A DNA stretch of 64,000 bases from Rubripirellula sp. (GTDB taxonomy: Bacteria; Planctomycetota; Planctomycetia; Pirellulales; Pirellulaceae): positions 12,961 through 76,960 of the forward strand of contig JBAUHR010001023.1 of NCBI GenBank assembly GCA_049680385.1. Reading direction: 5' to 3'. The position numbers and the translations under genes were made by a program. Below the pieces are notes generated by a model, which was not told the origin of the DNA, searched no databases, and worked only from the letters and a program-made list of their open reading frames with translations. Position 1 is the stretch's first letter, and each line of letters starts with the position of its first letter. Of the stretch, positions 40,654 to 50,614 are shown one piece after another.

Positions 40654-41286
40654 ATGGACGTCGATGCAGCGGCCGGATCGCAGGCTTTGTCTCAGCCGCC
40701 CGGTCGCGTGATCTTGGTTCCCGGTTTGTTCGAGCCACGGCCTTTACTTTGGCCTTTGCAAAGCAACCTGAATCGGCATGGCTGTCAGGCGAAGTGCTGG
40801 CGAGATCGAGTCGTTTTTCGCAACTTAGAAAGCAGTGTCGATCGATTGTCGGCCGCGATCGCTGGCGATGCGAATCAGGACGGTTCCATTGCAATCGTGA
40901 CTCACAGTTTCGGGGACTGGGTCGCACGTGCCGCGATCGCGAAATCGCGCCGGCATCGTGTGACGGCGATGGTGTCGTTGGCGCCCGTGATGCGTGCCGG
41001 TTTCTTTCCCAGTCTGCTGTTCGGAGTGACTTGGAACTTGATCCCCGAAATCAAGGTCATCATGAACCGAGCCGAGGCGTCGGCGAACCTTGACTGCGAT
41101 GATCGAGTTCGCCGGTTGGTGATTTGGTCACGATTCGATGAAAGCTTGCGGTCGGTGCCGCTGGACCACGTAGGTAATCTGCGGGTTCGGCGTGTATTTG
41201 CCACCCACCTTACAATCGTCTGCCAACCCAACGTGATCAAGCTGACGCGGCAGTTTCTGGGTTCCGGCGACCGATCGCCCAGATAA
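40654..41286 (+). CDS. Alpha/beta-hydrolase (lipase/esterase-like)
   Basis: VILVPGL oxyanion region, nucleophile elbow THSFG, MVSLAP, candidate catalytic His in FATH. Confidence 0.75.
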   Translation: MDVDAAAGSQALSQPPGRVILVPGLFEPRPLLWPLQSNLNRHGCQAKCWRDRVVFRNLESSVDRLSAAIAGDANQDGSIAIVTHSFGDWVARAAIAKSRRHRVTAMVSLAPVMRAGFFPSLLFGVTWNLIPEIKVIMNRAEASANLDCDDRVRRLVIWSRFDESLRSVPLDHVGNLRVRRVFATHLTIVCQPNVIKLTRQFLGSGDRSPR

Positions 41287-41413
41287 AACGACATCACGTT
41301 TGCCGCGATGGTTCGTAACGGCGGCGTTTGTATTTGTTGGAACGTCCTCGTGTTGTTGGTAGACTAACGGTGCGTCCCTCTTTATTTGAATCGAGAAACT
41401 GTCTGTGTCGCCA

Positions 41414-43030
41414 ATGTATCTGTTCGCTCGTCATGCCAGCGCGTTGATCTTCGTCGTGATTGTGTTCTCGCTGGGATGCCGAGACTCAACCGAGAACGAC
41501 GTGGCTGGCGACGCAGTCGTTTCGCCGACTGGAACCTCGCGTCGTATTCCCCCGACGAACTCGGGGCCCAACACGGGCCGCAATATCTTGGGCGCCAGTG
41601 AAAAAGCGGCGCTGGTTCAGCGTGTGCGACCACAGGTCGAGCAATTCTGCGGCGATTGTCACGCGATGGCGCCGCCGAGCAGTTCGGTGGTGGATGATTG
41701 GGTTGCTGAAGTCGAGCAAGGGTTCTCGTTGTACGAGTTTTCTGGGCGTACCGATCTGCAGGTGCCGGACCGAAGCGATGTGTTGAAATTCTTCCAATAT
41801 CAGGCTCCCGACCACATTGACCTGACCAGCGGGATCACTGGATACCCCAAATCGCCGGTGCCGTTCCGCGAAACAACGGTTCGCTTTCCTGGCAATCGGC
41901 CACCGGGCGTCACCAACGTTGCGGTGATGGATTTGGGGATCCAAGAAACTTCGGCGCTGGTTTATTGTGATATCGGTTCCGGCGCGATCCTGGCGCACTG
42001 GCCTGCCGAGTCCGAGCCCACAACGACTCGCTTGGCGACCGTTTTTCAGCCGGTGCATGTCGAGTCTTGTGACCTTGATGACGATGGCAATGTCGACTTG
42101 GTGGTGGCTGATATTGGCGAGTTCAATGCCAACGAAAGTGACCTCGGCCAAGTGGTCTGGCTGAATCGGCGTGGGGATTCCACCAGTTTTGAAAAGACGG
42201 TCTTGCTGGAAGGGTTGGGCCGAGTTGCGGATGTGCGGCCTGGCGATTTCGACGGCGATGGCGATACCGATTTGCTGGTGGGTGTCTTCGGTTGGCGCAA
42301 GACGGGGCAGATCCTGTTGATGCTCAATGACGGGAACGACTCGGACGGTGTACCGCAGTTCACGATCAATCAAATCGATGATCGCAATGGCGCCATTCAT
42401 GTGCCGCCGATCGATTTCAATGGTGACGGGCATCTCGATTTCATCGCTCTGCTAAGCCAAGAACACGAACGAGTCGAAGTGTTTTTGAACGATGGCAAGG
42501 GCAACTTTAATAACGAGTTGCTGTGGGCTGCGCCGAATCCTGCGTACGGATCCAGCGGAATTGAATTGGTCGATATGGATGGCGACAAGGATATCGATTT
42601 GCTGTACGTCAACGGCGATTCGTTCGATCGCGGGGCCAAGGCTCATCACTCGGTGCAGTGGCTAGAAAATGTTGACGGTAAGTCCTTTGCCCATCATCAC
42701 GTGTGCAACATGCCCGGTGCGATGGACGCGACGGCCGCTGATTTCGACGGTGACGGTGACATGGATATCGTCGCCACGTCTCTGTTGGCAGGCGAAAGTC
42801 GACAGCAACTAAACGCAGTCGACTCGTCGTCCCTTGTGATTCTGACCCAGACGGACAGCGGCGACTTTGTCCCGGCGAGAATGGAAAGCAAGCTTCACCA
42901 ACACCTGTCGTTGGTAGCCGGTGACTTTGATCGCAACGGTTCGCCGGATGTGGCGGTCGGCAATTTCATTCGAGACGCCGAGTCGGATCAGCCCGATCTC
43001 GTGATCCACTGGAACGAACGTCAACAGTAG
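41414..43030 (+). CDS. FG-GAP/VCBS-repeat lipoprotein with N-terminal c-type heme motif
   Basis: Lipobox SLGC; CGDCH; repeats DLDDDGNVDL, DFDGDGDTDL, DFNGDGHLDF, DMDGDKDIDL, DFDGDGDMDI and DFDRNGSPDV. Confidence 0.85.
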   Translation: MYLFARHASALIFVVIVFSLGCRDSTENDVAGDAVVSPTGTSRRIPPTNSGPNTGRNILGASEKAALVQRVRPQVEQFCGDCHAMAPPSSSVVDDWVAEVEQGFSLYEFSGRTDLQVPDRSDVLKFFQYQAPDHIDLTSGITGYPKSPVPFRETTVRFPGNRPPGVTNVAVMDLGIQETSALVYCDIGSGAILAHWPAESEPTTTRLATVFQPVHVESCDLDDDGNVDLVVADIGEFNANESDLGQVVWLNRRGDSTSFEKTVLLEGLGRVADVRPGDFDGDGDTDLLVGVFGWRKTGQILLMLNDGNDSDGVPQFTINQIDDRNGAIHVPPIDFNGDGHLDFIALLSQEHERVEVFLNDGKGNFNNELLWAAPNPAYGSSGIELVDMDGDKDIDLLYVNGDSFDRGAKAHHSVQWLENVDGKSFAHHHVCNMPGAMDATAADFDGDGDMDIVATSLLAGESRQQLNAVDSSSLVILTQTDSGDFVPARMESKLHQHLSLVAGDFDRNGSPDVAVGNFIRDAESDQPDLVIHWNERQQ

Positions 43031-43180
43031 CGCGAGCAACGCAAGCAGAAACGCGCAGGTTGTCGCAGTCGTGGGCACGGCATGAGCTTTGCATCTAGGT
43101 CAGCTAGGAGATTGGACTGCGCGGCAGCAACTTCGCTGTCGCAATCGTTCTCTCTCGTCGCTTACCTAAGGAGTGCTGTG

Positions 43181-43591
43181 ATGCGACTGAATATTTGGAT
43201 GTTGCTGTTTTGCATGTTGGGAACGCATTCGTTTGCGCAAGAATCGGCAACGAAACCTGATGACGACGTGGTTCCGGTCGAGTCGGACGAAACGCCACTC
43301 GATTTTTGGATGCAGAAGAAGCTCGGTTACTCAAGCGAAATCTTGAAAGGGCTTGCTCTTGGCGACTTCGACTTGGTCGAGTCGAGTGCGCGCCATCTGC
43401 GAGTGCTCAATCGGATCGAAGGGTTCGTGCGAAGCCGCAACCCGGACTATCGAACCAACATCAACTTGTTTGAGCGATCGACGAACGAAGTGATCCGACA
43501 AGCGAAGGCGGAAAACATCGAAGGCGTCACGTTGGCGTACCACCAAATGACGCTCAGTTGCGTTCGTTGTCACCAAACGCTTCGCGAGTGA
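43181..43591 (+). CDS. Exported cytochrome c'-like (class II, four-helix) protein
   Basis: Signal peptide ending SFA-QE, helical body, C-terminal CVRCH. Confidence 0.75.
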   Translation: MRLNIWMLLFCMLGTHSFAQESATKPDDDVVPVESDETPLDFWMQKKLGYSSEILKGLALGDFDLVESSARHLRVLNRIEGFVRSRNPDYRTNINLFERSTNEVIRQAKAENIEGVTLAYHQMTLSCVRCHQTLRE

Positions 43592-43658
43592 ATCGTTCCC
43601 GTCAATTCACAGCGGTGCAAATGTTGACAGCGCCGCTGTGATGGTTGTGACAAGGTCA

Positions 43659-44222
43659 TCACTGCATCGCAGCGAGCTTGTCCAGGATGGCTTGTTCGTT
43701 GACGGACAACTTGCCTTTTCCGAAACGAGAGTTGGACGCCTTGGCGACGTTGGTGGCCATCCGCAAGAACTCGGCATGCAGCATGGCCGACATCTTTGGC
43801 GTCAGTGTTTCGTCGACGGCTGCTGCGTATTCTTCCCAAACATTCCACAGCGATGGAGGCGGACAGTGGTGCAGCCAAGTTTCTAGCAGGTCAAACGCCG
43901 TTGGCGAATCTTTGACGCCGTGACGCAGCGCCGCGCTCAAAATGGCTTGGCGTTCCGCAGGCGTGACACGGCCGTCCGCCCAAGCCACAAAGACGGCCGG
44001 AACCAACGCCAGCGCCGCGATCGATGACGACGTAATGCCCGCGTCGATCAAATGGTCGAGTAACTCTTGGTCGTGAAAGCCGGTTTCGGCTTCGAGGTCG
44101 AGTCGCGACTCTTCGAGTTCAAGTTTTTCACGCAGCCGTGCGCCCAATTGTTCGTCGACACGGTGGAAAAACTCATCTTCAAGGGCCTTGCCTCGCCGAT
44201 GAAGGGAATCCATTTCAGGCAT
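43659..44222 (-). CDS. TerB-like protein, paralog 1
   Basis: VAWADGRVTPAE and VAKAS...LSVNEQAIL match the TerB-like pattern; start at MPEMDSLH. Confidence 0.7.
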   Translation of the reverse strand: MPEMDSLHRRGKALEDEFFHRVDEQLGARLREKLELEESRLDLEAETGFHDQELLDHLIDAGITSSSIAALALVPAVFVAWADGRVTPAERQAILSAALRHGVKDSPTAFDLLETWLHHCPPPSLWNVWEEYAAAVDETLTPKMSAMLHAEFLRMATNVAKASNSRFGKGKLSVNEQAILDKLAAMQ

Positions 44223-44299
44223 CGTTCGTATCTCGTTTAGAAAGAAGCGGCTTGCCAGCGTTTTGGTCGCCGACGTCAGTTGATTTGGTATCAGCGATA

Positions 44300-44316
44300 C
44301 GCAATTGCGATGCCAA
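44300..44316 (-). promoter_or_regulatory. Sigma-54 (-24/-12) promoter of TerB-like paralog 1
   Basis: Minus strand TTGGCATCGCAATTGCG has GG-N10-GC spacing with both TGGCA and TTGC boxes, about 80 nt upstream of the start. Confidence 0.7.
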
Positions 44317-44521
44317 TCTGCTGTTCGTTGTGCTTTGTGACCACAGGTGAATCGAAACACCCACCGTGGTTGTGCTCAACCGTTCTGGCGGCGTGCTGAG
44401 GTGCTCGCTGCCAACTGTGCGAAGTCGCGCGCGTGAGCGGAAACGGCTCAGGGCTCAATGCCGTCGCTTGCTGGAAGATCGCAAAATCAGCCGCCAATGG
44501 CATTGGTCGCTGCCGCGATCG

Positions 44522-44538
44522 TTGGTCCACGCTTTGCT
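44522..44538 (+). promoter_or_regulatory. Candidate sigma-54 promoter of TerB-like paralog 2
   Basis: TTGGTCCACGCTTTGCT has GG-N10-GC spacing with TTTGCT, 48 nt upstream of ATG 44587; the -24 box is a variant. Confidence 0.5.
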
Positions 44539-44586
44539 TTGCTGTGTTTCGTGCAGATCAACGACACCCACATTGGAACTCACTTC

Positions 44587-45171
44587 ATGACATCCACTAA
44601 GAAGCAAGCTGGGCAACTTCGCAATGTTGCCACTCAGCACTTTTTTGTCGAACTGGAACAACAGATCGTCAAACGACTTCACGACGAAGCGACTAGCGAA
44701 CAAGGCCGCGTCGAGTTGCTGCGAAGTACAGGAATCCACGGCACGGAATTGCTCGACGAATTTGGCAAGTTGGGGATCACCGCCGACGGTGTCGTCGCGC
44801 TGCGATTGTTGCCGTTGGTGTTGGTCGCCTGGGCCGACGGAAACGTCAGCAAGGAGGAGCACAAGGCTGTGATGGATGCGGCGCTAAAGATGGGAATCGT
44901 CGAGAGTACGACCGCTTGGATATTACTTGACCAATGGCTGGCCAAGCGCCCTCGCGGTGTCAGCGTCGACGCGTGGCGACGGTACATTCACGATGTCATG
45001 GCTCAGATGTCAACCGCTGCCCAATCACGGCTGATCGACTTGACCTGCCTGCAAATGACTCAGGTCGCCAAAGCCACCGGCGGAGTCCTAGGCTTTGGCA
45101 GTGTTTCGAAGAAAGAGCAGGAAGTCATACACGAAGTCAAAATCGCGATGCAACTGAAATCAGTACCCTAG
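44587..45171 (+). CDS. TerB-like protein, paralog 2
   Basis: VAWADGNVSKEE and VAKATGGVLGFGSVSKKEQ; aligns by eye along its length with 43659-44222. Confidence 0.7.
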   Translation: MTSTKKQAGQLRNVATQHFFVELEQQIVKRLHDEATSEQGRVELLRSTGIHGTELLDEFGKLGITADGVVALRLLPLVLVAWADGNVSKEEHKAVMDAALKMGIVESTTAWILLDQWLAKRPRGVSVDAWRRYIHDVMAQMSTAAQSRLIDLTCLQMTQVAKATGGVLGFGSVSKKEQEVIHEVKIAMQLKSVP

Positions 45172-45208
45172 GATCGCGAGGTCGTCACTAGCAAACCCAA
45201 TCGATCAA

Positions 45209-45757
45209 TTAGTGATCGTGGCCACTATGATCATGACCGCTGTGGTCTTGGTCGCTGTGGTCATGGTCGTGCTTGATTTCGCCGCGGTACGGTGTGCCAT
45301 TGATCGTCAGCGTTAGCTTGGGGGCCGCCTTGTCGTCGTCGATATGACCGACTAGTTCAGCATCGGCAAGTGTGAAACGTGACGACCTGCCGCTGGGATC
45401 GGCGTCATCCGGCGTGGCGGCAAGTTTGAATTGTTCCGGCGTTCCGTCGTGCATCAAGTTGATCGTCAGTTCCGTCGCGTCGATGGGAACGGCTTTGGTT
45501 GCCGACGAATCAAGGACATAGACCGTCACAGACTTGTCGTCGTGAATCACTTCGGCGTGGAATTCTTCGTTGCCGAGTTCGACCAGGGTTCCGTGATGCG
45601 GTCCTTCGGATGGATGCGAATGAATGTCGCCGTTATCGGGCGGAAGATTATTCGTTTCTGTCGCCGCGTCCGAAGTTGACGCCGTCGGTTTGGCACCACA
45701 GCCGGTGACAAGCAGCAGTGTGGCACCGATGGTGAATACCAGTTTAAAATTTCGCAT
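45209..45757 (-). CDS. His-rich metal-binding lipoprotein
   Basis: Lipobox VTGC, HSHPSEGPHHGTLVELG and a C-terminal HDHDHSDQDHSGHDHSGHDH tail; last gene of the RND cassette. Confidence 0.8.
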   Translation of the reverse strand: MRNFKLVFTIGATLLLVTGCGAKPTASTSDAATETNNLPPDNGDIHSHPSEGPHHGTLVELGNEEFHAEVIHDDKSVTVYVLDSSATKAVPIDATELTINLMHDGTPEQFKLAATPDDADPSGRSSRFTLADAELVGHIDDDKAAPKLTLTINGTPYRGEIKHDHDHSDQDHSGHDHSGHDH

Positions 45758-45833
45758 GTGCTTTCTCGTAGGTTTTGTGAGGGAGCGAAAAAAGTGAATT
45801 CATTGATGCGTCGTGATAGGACCGTCATGCGAA

Positions 45834-48800
45834 TCATGGGCTGGCGGCGGCTTCGTCGAGTGTCACTTCACTCGCCGCTTCATTGACCACTTGGGCGGCC
45901 GACTTCATGCCGAATAACCAGAATAGCGCCGGGTGAACAAAGAAGTCGAGTGCCGTTGAACTGATCAGACCACCTAGAATCACAGTCGCGACGGGATACA
46001 GGATTTCTTTGCCAGCTTCGCCTGCGGATAACACCAATGGCACTAGCCCGATTCCTGACGTCAATGCGGTCATCAACACAGGTGCTAGTCTTTCCAGGCC
46101 AGCGCGAACGATCATCGCGGGCGTGAACTGTTCGCCTTCGTGTTGCACCAAGTGCAAGTAATGCTGCAGCAACAAGATCCCGTTTCGCGAGGCAATCCCC
46201 GCTAACGAGATGAATCCGACCATGGCTGCGATCGTTAGCGTTTGCCCGGTCATGACCAATGCGGCAACCGAACCGATGAAGGCCATCGGCAGAGCCGCCA
46301 TGACTTGGAACGCCAAGTTCACACTGCGGAACAAAGTGAACAGCACCAAGAAAACGCCGATCATCGAGATCACGAACAACACCGAGATCACACGACTGGC
46401 CGATTTCTGACTTTGAAACTGGCCGCCGAATTCGACAAAATAACCGGGGGGCAACTGCGAAACGATCGGCGTGATTGCCGTTTGAATGTCGGTCACGACG
46501 TCGACCACGCCGCGGTCAGCCACGTTGCACTGGATCACAACTCGGCGGCGAACATTCTCGCGGTTGACAACATTGGGGCCGCCCGATTCATAGATTCTTG
46601 CTAAACCCGACAGCGGGATCGTGCCGCCCTCTGGCAACTGAATGGACAGTCGTTTGAGTTGCTCGATGTCTTCGCGATAAGCTTCCTTCATGCGGACGAC
46701 CAAATCGAAGGTTCGCATCCCGTCAAGAATCTCGGAAACCACTTTGCCATTCATTGCCGTTTCGATGTAGTCGTTGACCGCGGCGCTCGTCAAACCGTAT
46801 TGCCACAGCTTGTCACGATCCAGTTCGATACGAAGTTGTGGAATGATCACCTGCGGTTCCAGCAGAGCGTCGGTCACGCCTGGAACCAATTCCATCTGTG
46901 CTTTGACTAGCTCGGCTTTCTGGCGAAGCAAGTCAAGATCGTCGCCATAAATCTTGATGCCGACTTGTGCCTTCACACCCGATAACATGTGTGAGATTAG
47001 GTGAGCGATCGGTTGCTCGACCGCCGTAACGATGCCCGGAATGTCTTCCATCGAATCACGTATTTCGGCCAACTGTTCTTCGCGTGAACGAGGCGAATTG
47101 GGATCCAATTCAATGATCATTTCGGACATGTGGACGCCCTCGGCATGTTCGTCCAATTCGGCGCGACCGGTTCGCCGCGCAAACTTCTGAACATCGTCGA
47201 TATTCTTCAGCGATTCCTCGACCGTTTGCGCGATCGTGTTCGAAGCGGCCAGCGAAGTTCCGGGCGGCAACACAACGTTTAACTGAATGGTGCCTTCGTT
47301 GAACGGTGGCAGGAAATCTTTTTCCAATCGCGAAACAAAGATGGCTGCGATCGCGACCATCAACAGTGTCACGCCCAAGTTGAATCGTGGAAACGTCAAG
47401 CTGAATCGGATCACTTTGTCCGCCACCCATTTCAGTCCTCTTAGCACCATGCCGTCCTGTTCGTCGTCATGCCCGTTGCCGAGTGCGAGCAGCCAGTACG
47501 ATAGAATCGGTGTCACGGTCAACGACACGACCAACGACGACAGGATCGACACGATGTACGCGATGCCAAGCGGCGCGAACAATTTGCCTTCCATGCCGCC
47601 GAGTGCGAACAGCGGCAAAAACACCAAGACAACGATCATCGTGCCGAACACGATCGAACGGCGAACTTCGGTGCTGGCCCGAAACACCACCAACAGCGGA
47701 CTTAGCGGGCTTCCGACCGACCGGTTCTCTTTCAAACGGCGGTAAATGTTTTCGACGTCAACGATCGCATCGTCAACTAGCTCGCCCATCGCGACGGCGA
47801 TACCGCCAAGCGTCATGGTGTTGATCGATAGCCCAAACACCGAAAAGACGATTGCCGTCATCACCAGCGAAAGCGGAATCGCAGTCAGCGTGATGAACGT
47901 GGTGCGAAGATTAAGTAGAAACAAGAACAGAATCACAACGACCAAAATGCCGCCATCGCGAAGTGCTTCGACGACATTTTCAATCGCCCGGTCGATGAAC
48001 GATTTTTGCGAATAAACCGTCGACAGTCGCGTGCCTGGTGGCAGAGTCGGTTTCAGTTTTTCGATCGCTTCCATCACTTCGTTGGTGACGTCACGCGTGT
48101 CGGCACCTGGTTGCTTGTTGATGGTCAAGACGACCGCCGGGCCACCTTGCCATCGGCTGCTGGCGGGTGAGGTGGTCAGGTCTTCGACTCTAACGAAGGC
48201 CGAGCTATCCCCGCGTTTGACTTGAGCTCCTTCGACCACATTGGCGACTTGCGAAAGCAAGACCGGACGTCCATCGCGAATCGTTACCGGAATTTTCTTC
48301 AGGTCGTCAATCGACTGGATTCGTCCCAGCGATCGGACCAGCAGTTCGCGTGGGCCTTGGCGGTCCAGGTAGCCGCCGGTGCCATTCTCGTTGCTGCTGG
48401 TGACGGCCGATTCGACTTCCGGCAGTGTGACGCCGTACCGCAACATCGCATCCGGATCGACCAGAACCTGAAACTGTTTGCGTTGACCGCCCATCGTAAA
48501 GACTTGGGACACGCCCGGTATCGTCAACAACCGTTGCCGCACGACCCAGTCGGCCGTCGTGCGCAGCTCCATCGGATCAGCGTCTGGGTCGTCGTTCCAC
48601 ATGCCCAGCATCAGGATTTGCCCCATGATCGAAGAGATCGGCGCAAGCTGGGGCGTGATGCCTTTGGGCAACCGGTCTTGGACCATCTGCATTCGCTCGG
48701 CAACGATTTGTCGATCCGTGTAAACATCCGTGCCGTAATCGAACTCGACATAGATCACCGAGATGCCCACACCCGACGAACTTCGCACGGCTTCGACACC

Positions 48801-49031
48801 GCTAGCGCCATTCATGGTTGTTTCGATCGGCAGTGTGATCAGCGTTTCGACTTCCTCGGGCGCCATCCCGGGCGCCTCGGTCATGATGACCACACGCGGG
48901 CGGTTGAGGTCCGGAAAAACATCAATCGGCATCACCGTCGTTTGCCATGTTCCATAACCGATCAGGAACACAGCGATTGCGATGACGAGCAAACGTTGGT
49001 GAAGCGAAAAACGGATGACTGCATTTAGCAT
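45834..49031 (-). CDS. Heavy-metal efflux RND transporter (CzcA/CusA family)
   Basis: MPIDVFPDL, APEEVE, GELVDDAIVDVEN, FLPPFNEG, GRAELDEH and RLAPVLMTALT. Confidence 0.95.
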   Translation of the reverse strand: MLNAVIRFSLHQRLLVIAIAVFLIGYGTWQTTVMPIDVFPDLNRPRVVIMTEAPGMAPEEVETLITLPIETTMNGASGVEAVRSSSGVGISVIYVEFDYGTDVYTDRQIVAERMQMVQDRLPKGITPQLAPISSIMGQILMLGMWNDDPDADPMELRTTADWVVRQRLLTIPGVSQVFTMGGQRKQFQVLVDPDAMLRYGVTLPEVESAVTSSNENGTGGYLDRQGPRELLVRSLGRIQSIDDLKKIPVTIRDGRPVLLSQVANVVEGAQVKRGDSSAFVRVEDLTTSPASSRWQGGPAVVLTINKQPGADTRDVTNEVMEAIEKLKPTLPPGTRLSTVYSQKSFIDRAIENVVEALRDGGILVVVILFLFLLNLRTTFITLTAIPLSLVMTAIVFSVFGLSINTMTLGGIAVAMGELVDDAIVDVENIYRRLKENRSVGSPLSPLLVVFRASTEVRRSIVFGTMIVVLVFLPLFALGGMEGKLFAPLGIAYIVSILSSLVVSLTVTPILSYWLLALGNGHDDEQDGMVLRGLKWVADKVIRFSLTFPRFNLGVTLLMVAIAAIFVSRLEKDFLPPFNEGTIQLNVVLPPGTSLAASNTIAQTVEESLKNIDDVQKFARRTGRAELDEHAEGVHMSEMIIELDPNSPRSREEQLAEIRDSMEDIPGIVTAVEQPIAHLISHMLSGVKAQVGIKIYGDDLDLLRQKAELVKAQMELVPGVTDALLEPQVIIPQLRIELDRDKLWQYGLTSAAVNDYIETAMNGKVVSEILDGMRTFDLVVRMKEAYREDIEQLKRLSIQLPEGGTIPLSGLARIYESGGPNVVNRENVRRRVVIQCNVADRGVVDVVTDIQTAITPIVSQLPPGYFVEFGGQFQSQKSASRVISVLFVISMIGVFLVLFTLFRSVNLAFQVMAALPMAFIGSVAALVMTGQTLTIAAMVGFISLAGIASRNGILLLQHYLHLVQHEGEQFTPAMIVRAGLERLAPVLMTALTSGIGLVPLVLSAGEAGKEILYPVATVILGGLISSTALDFFVHPALFWLFGMKSAAQVVNEAASEVTLDEAAASP

Positions 49032-49048
49032 TTGAGTTCAGCTCCGTT

Positions 49049-50614
49049 TCAGTGGTTGTGGCCAGCGTGCGGGTCGACAGCGCCACCGGACTTGTTCTTG
49101 ATTGCCATCTGCATTTGATGGGCGGCTCTCATTGCCAGCACATCGCCTGGATACACCGAGCCGTCGTTGGCGATCACGGCAGCGTTCTGGTCGCGATAGC
49201 GGACGTGGACGGGAACGCGAGTGAACGATTTTCCGTTTTGCTGGAACACGAACCAATCGACTCCGTCCCGGACCACTGCGTCGACCGGCAGCACGATTTG
49301 GTCTTCCCATTGTTCGACCGGCACGCGCAGTTCCATCCGCTGGCCGAGTCGGTACTTCCACGACAGGAAGCGTTGATTTTCGTTGTTGGTTTCGTCTCGA
49401 ACCACTTCGTTGGGCAGTTCGACGAACATCGATAACGTTCGCGAATCAGGGTCGATCGAGTTGGATACGAAGGTCAGCTTCAGCCCGCGAATCGTTTCCT
49501 GGCCCGACGAACTGCTGATCACTGCGTCAACCGCCCATCCACGTTTGGCAGCTTCCGTGATCGCGTTGACGTCGTTTTCGAACGCCTTTCCTTCGATGAA
49601 CAGTCGTGTGTAGTCCGATAGCGAACAGAGCTTTTCGCCGGCTATGATCGCCTGGCCCTTATGAACCAACAGGTCATCAATCACCAGCGGCGAGCGAGAA
49701 TGATTGTGTGTGTGTCCGTACGAATCCTCACTGGTCGCTGGTAACGTTGCTGGCAGTGATGGTGGCAGGGACGGGTCTTGGCGGAACGAAACGGGACGGG
49801 CTTGGACTTGGCTTAGTCGCAGCTCTTCATCGTGATTGTGCTCGTCCACATCGGGGGCCACGATTCGCAGGTCTCGCAACAGTTTTCCGTTGGTGCCAAT
49901 CGCATCGACTTGTCGTTCCGACAAACCGTGCATCCGCAGCGCTTCTCGCTGAGAGGTGGCAAAGGCTTCGAGTTTCTCTTTCGCGTAGCGTCGCTCTAGC
50001 AACAGTTTCCCTGAAATGGCACCCGACTGAGTCGCTTGTTCAAGACGAGCAATCTCGCGTGCTTCGACTTGCAACTCGCTCATCGTTTTCAAGTAAGCCG
50101 TTTGCGTCTCGACCAAGTCCTCGTACGTCAAGCGAACTTCAAACAGCAATTCACCCGGCATCACGGCCTCGCCGGTCACCGCGTGGACGTGCGTGACGAC
50201 TCCGTTAAGCGGCGACGAGACAATGATCGACGATCGGCCAGGTTTCGCGACGACCACTGCCGGCACCGTGATCGATCGGCGGTACGTCGACAATTCAACC
50301 GGACGCAGGAAGTCGGGCGTCAGTCCCAGGTTCTTCATCGCTTGGGGAGTCAGTTGCAGAGATGCCGCTGCACTGCCGACCGCCTCGGCTTCGCCGTGGG
50401 CGGCATGGTCGGGCGAGTGGCCGTGCGGATCCGGACGTTCGCCGTCCGAATTCGCATCTTGTGAGGCAAGCGTTTGGTCAACCCACCGCGAAAACGGCGG
50501 CCACCACGTGGACGAAGTCGCAAACGCGGCGACCAAAACGACAAGGCTCACGCCCCACCGGATCGCAGTCCACGGCATCGCTGCCCTTGGTGTTTTGGTT
50601 TGGTTCGATTGCAT
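49049..50614 (-). CDS. RND periplasmic adaptor (CzcB/CusB-like membrane fusion protein)
   Basis: N-terminal TM, His-rich spacers, SPLNGVV...GEAV, IDPDSRT, LPVDAVV and C-terminal DPHAGHNH. Confidence 0.9.
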   Translation of the reverse strand: MQSNQTKTPRAAMPWTAIRWGVSLVVLVAAFATSSTWWPPFSRWVDQTLASQDANSDGERPDPHGHSPDHAAHGEAEAVGSAAASLQLTPQAMKNLGLTPDFLRPVELSTYRRSITVPAVVVAKPGRSSIIVSSPLNGVVTHVHAVTGEAVMPGELLFEVRLTYEDLVETQTAYLKTMSELQVEAREIARLEQATQSGAISGKLLLERRYAKEKLEAFATSQREALRMHGLSERQVDAIGTNGKLLRDLRIVAPDVDEHNHDEELRLSQVQARPVSFRQDPSLPPSLPATLPATSEDSYGHTHNHSRSPLVIDDLLVHKGQAIIAGEKLCSLSDYTRLFIEGKAFENDVNAITEAAKRGWAVDAVISSSSGQETIRGLKLTFVSNSIDPDSRTLSMFVELPNEVVRDETNNENQRFLSWKYRLGQRMELRVPVEQWEDQIVLPVDAVVRDGVDWFVFQQNGKSFTRVPVHVRYRDQNAAVIANDGSVYPGDVLAMRAAHQMQMAIKNKSGGAVDPHAGHNH

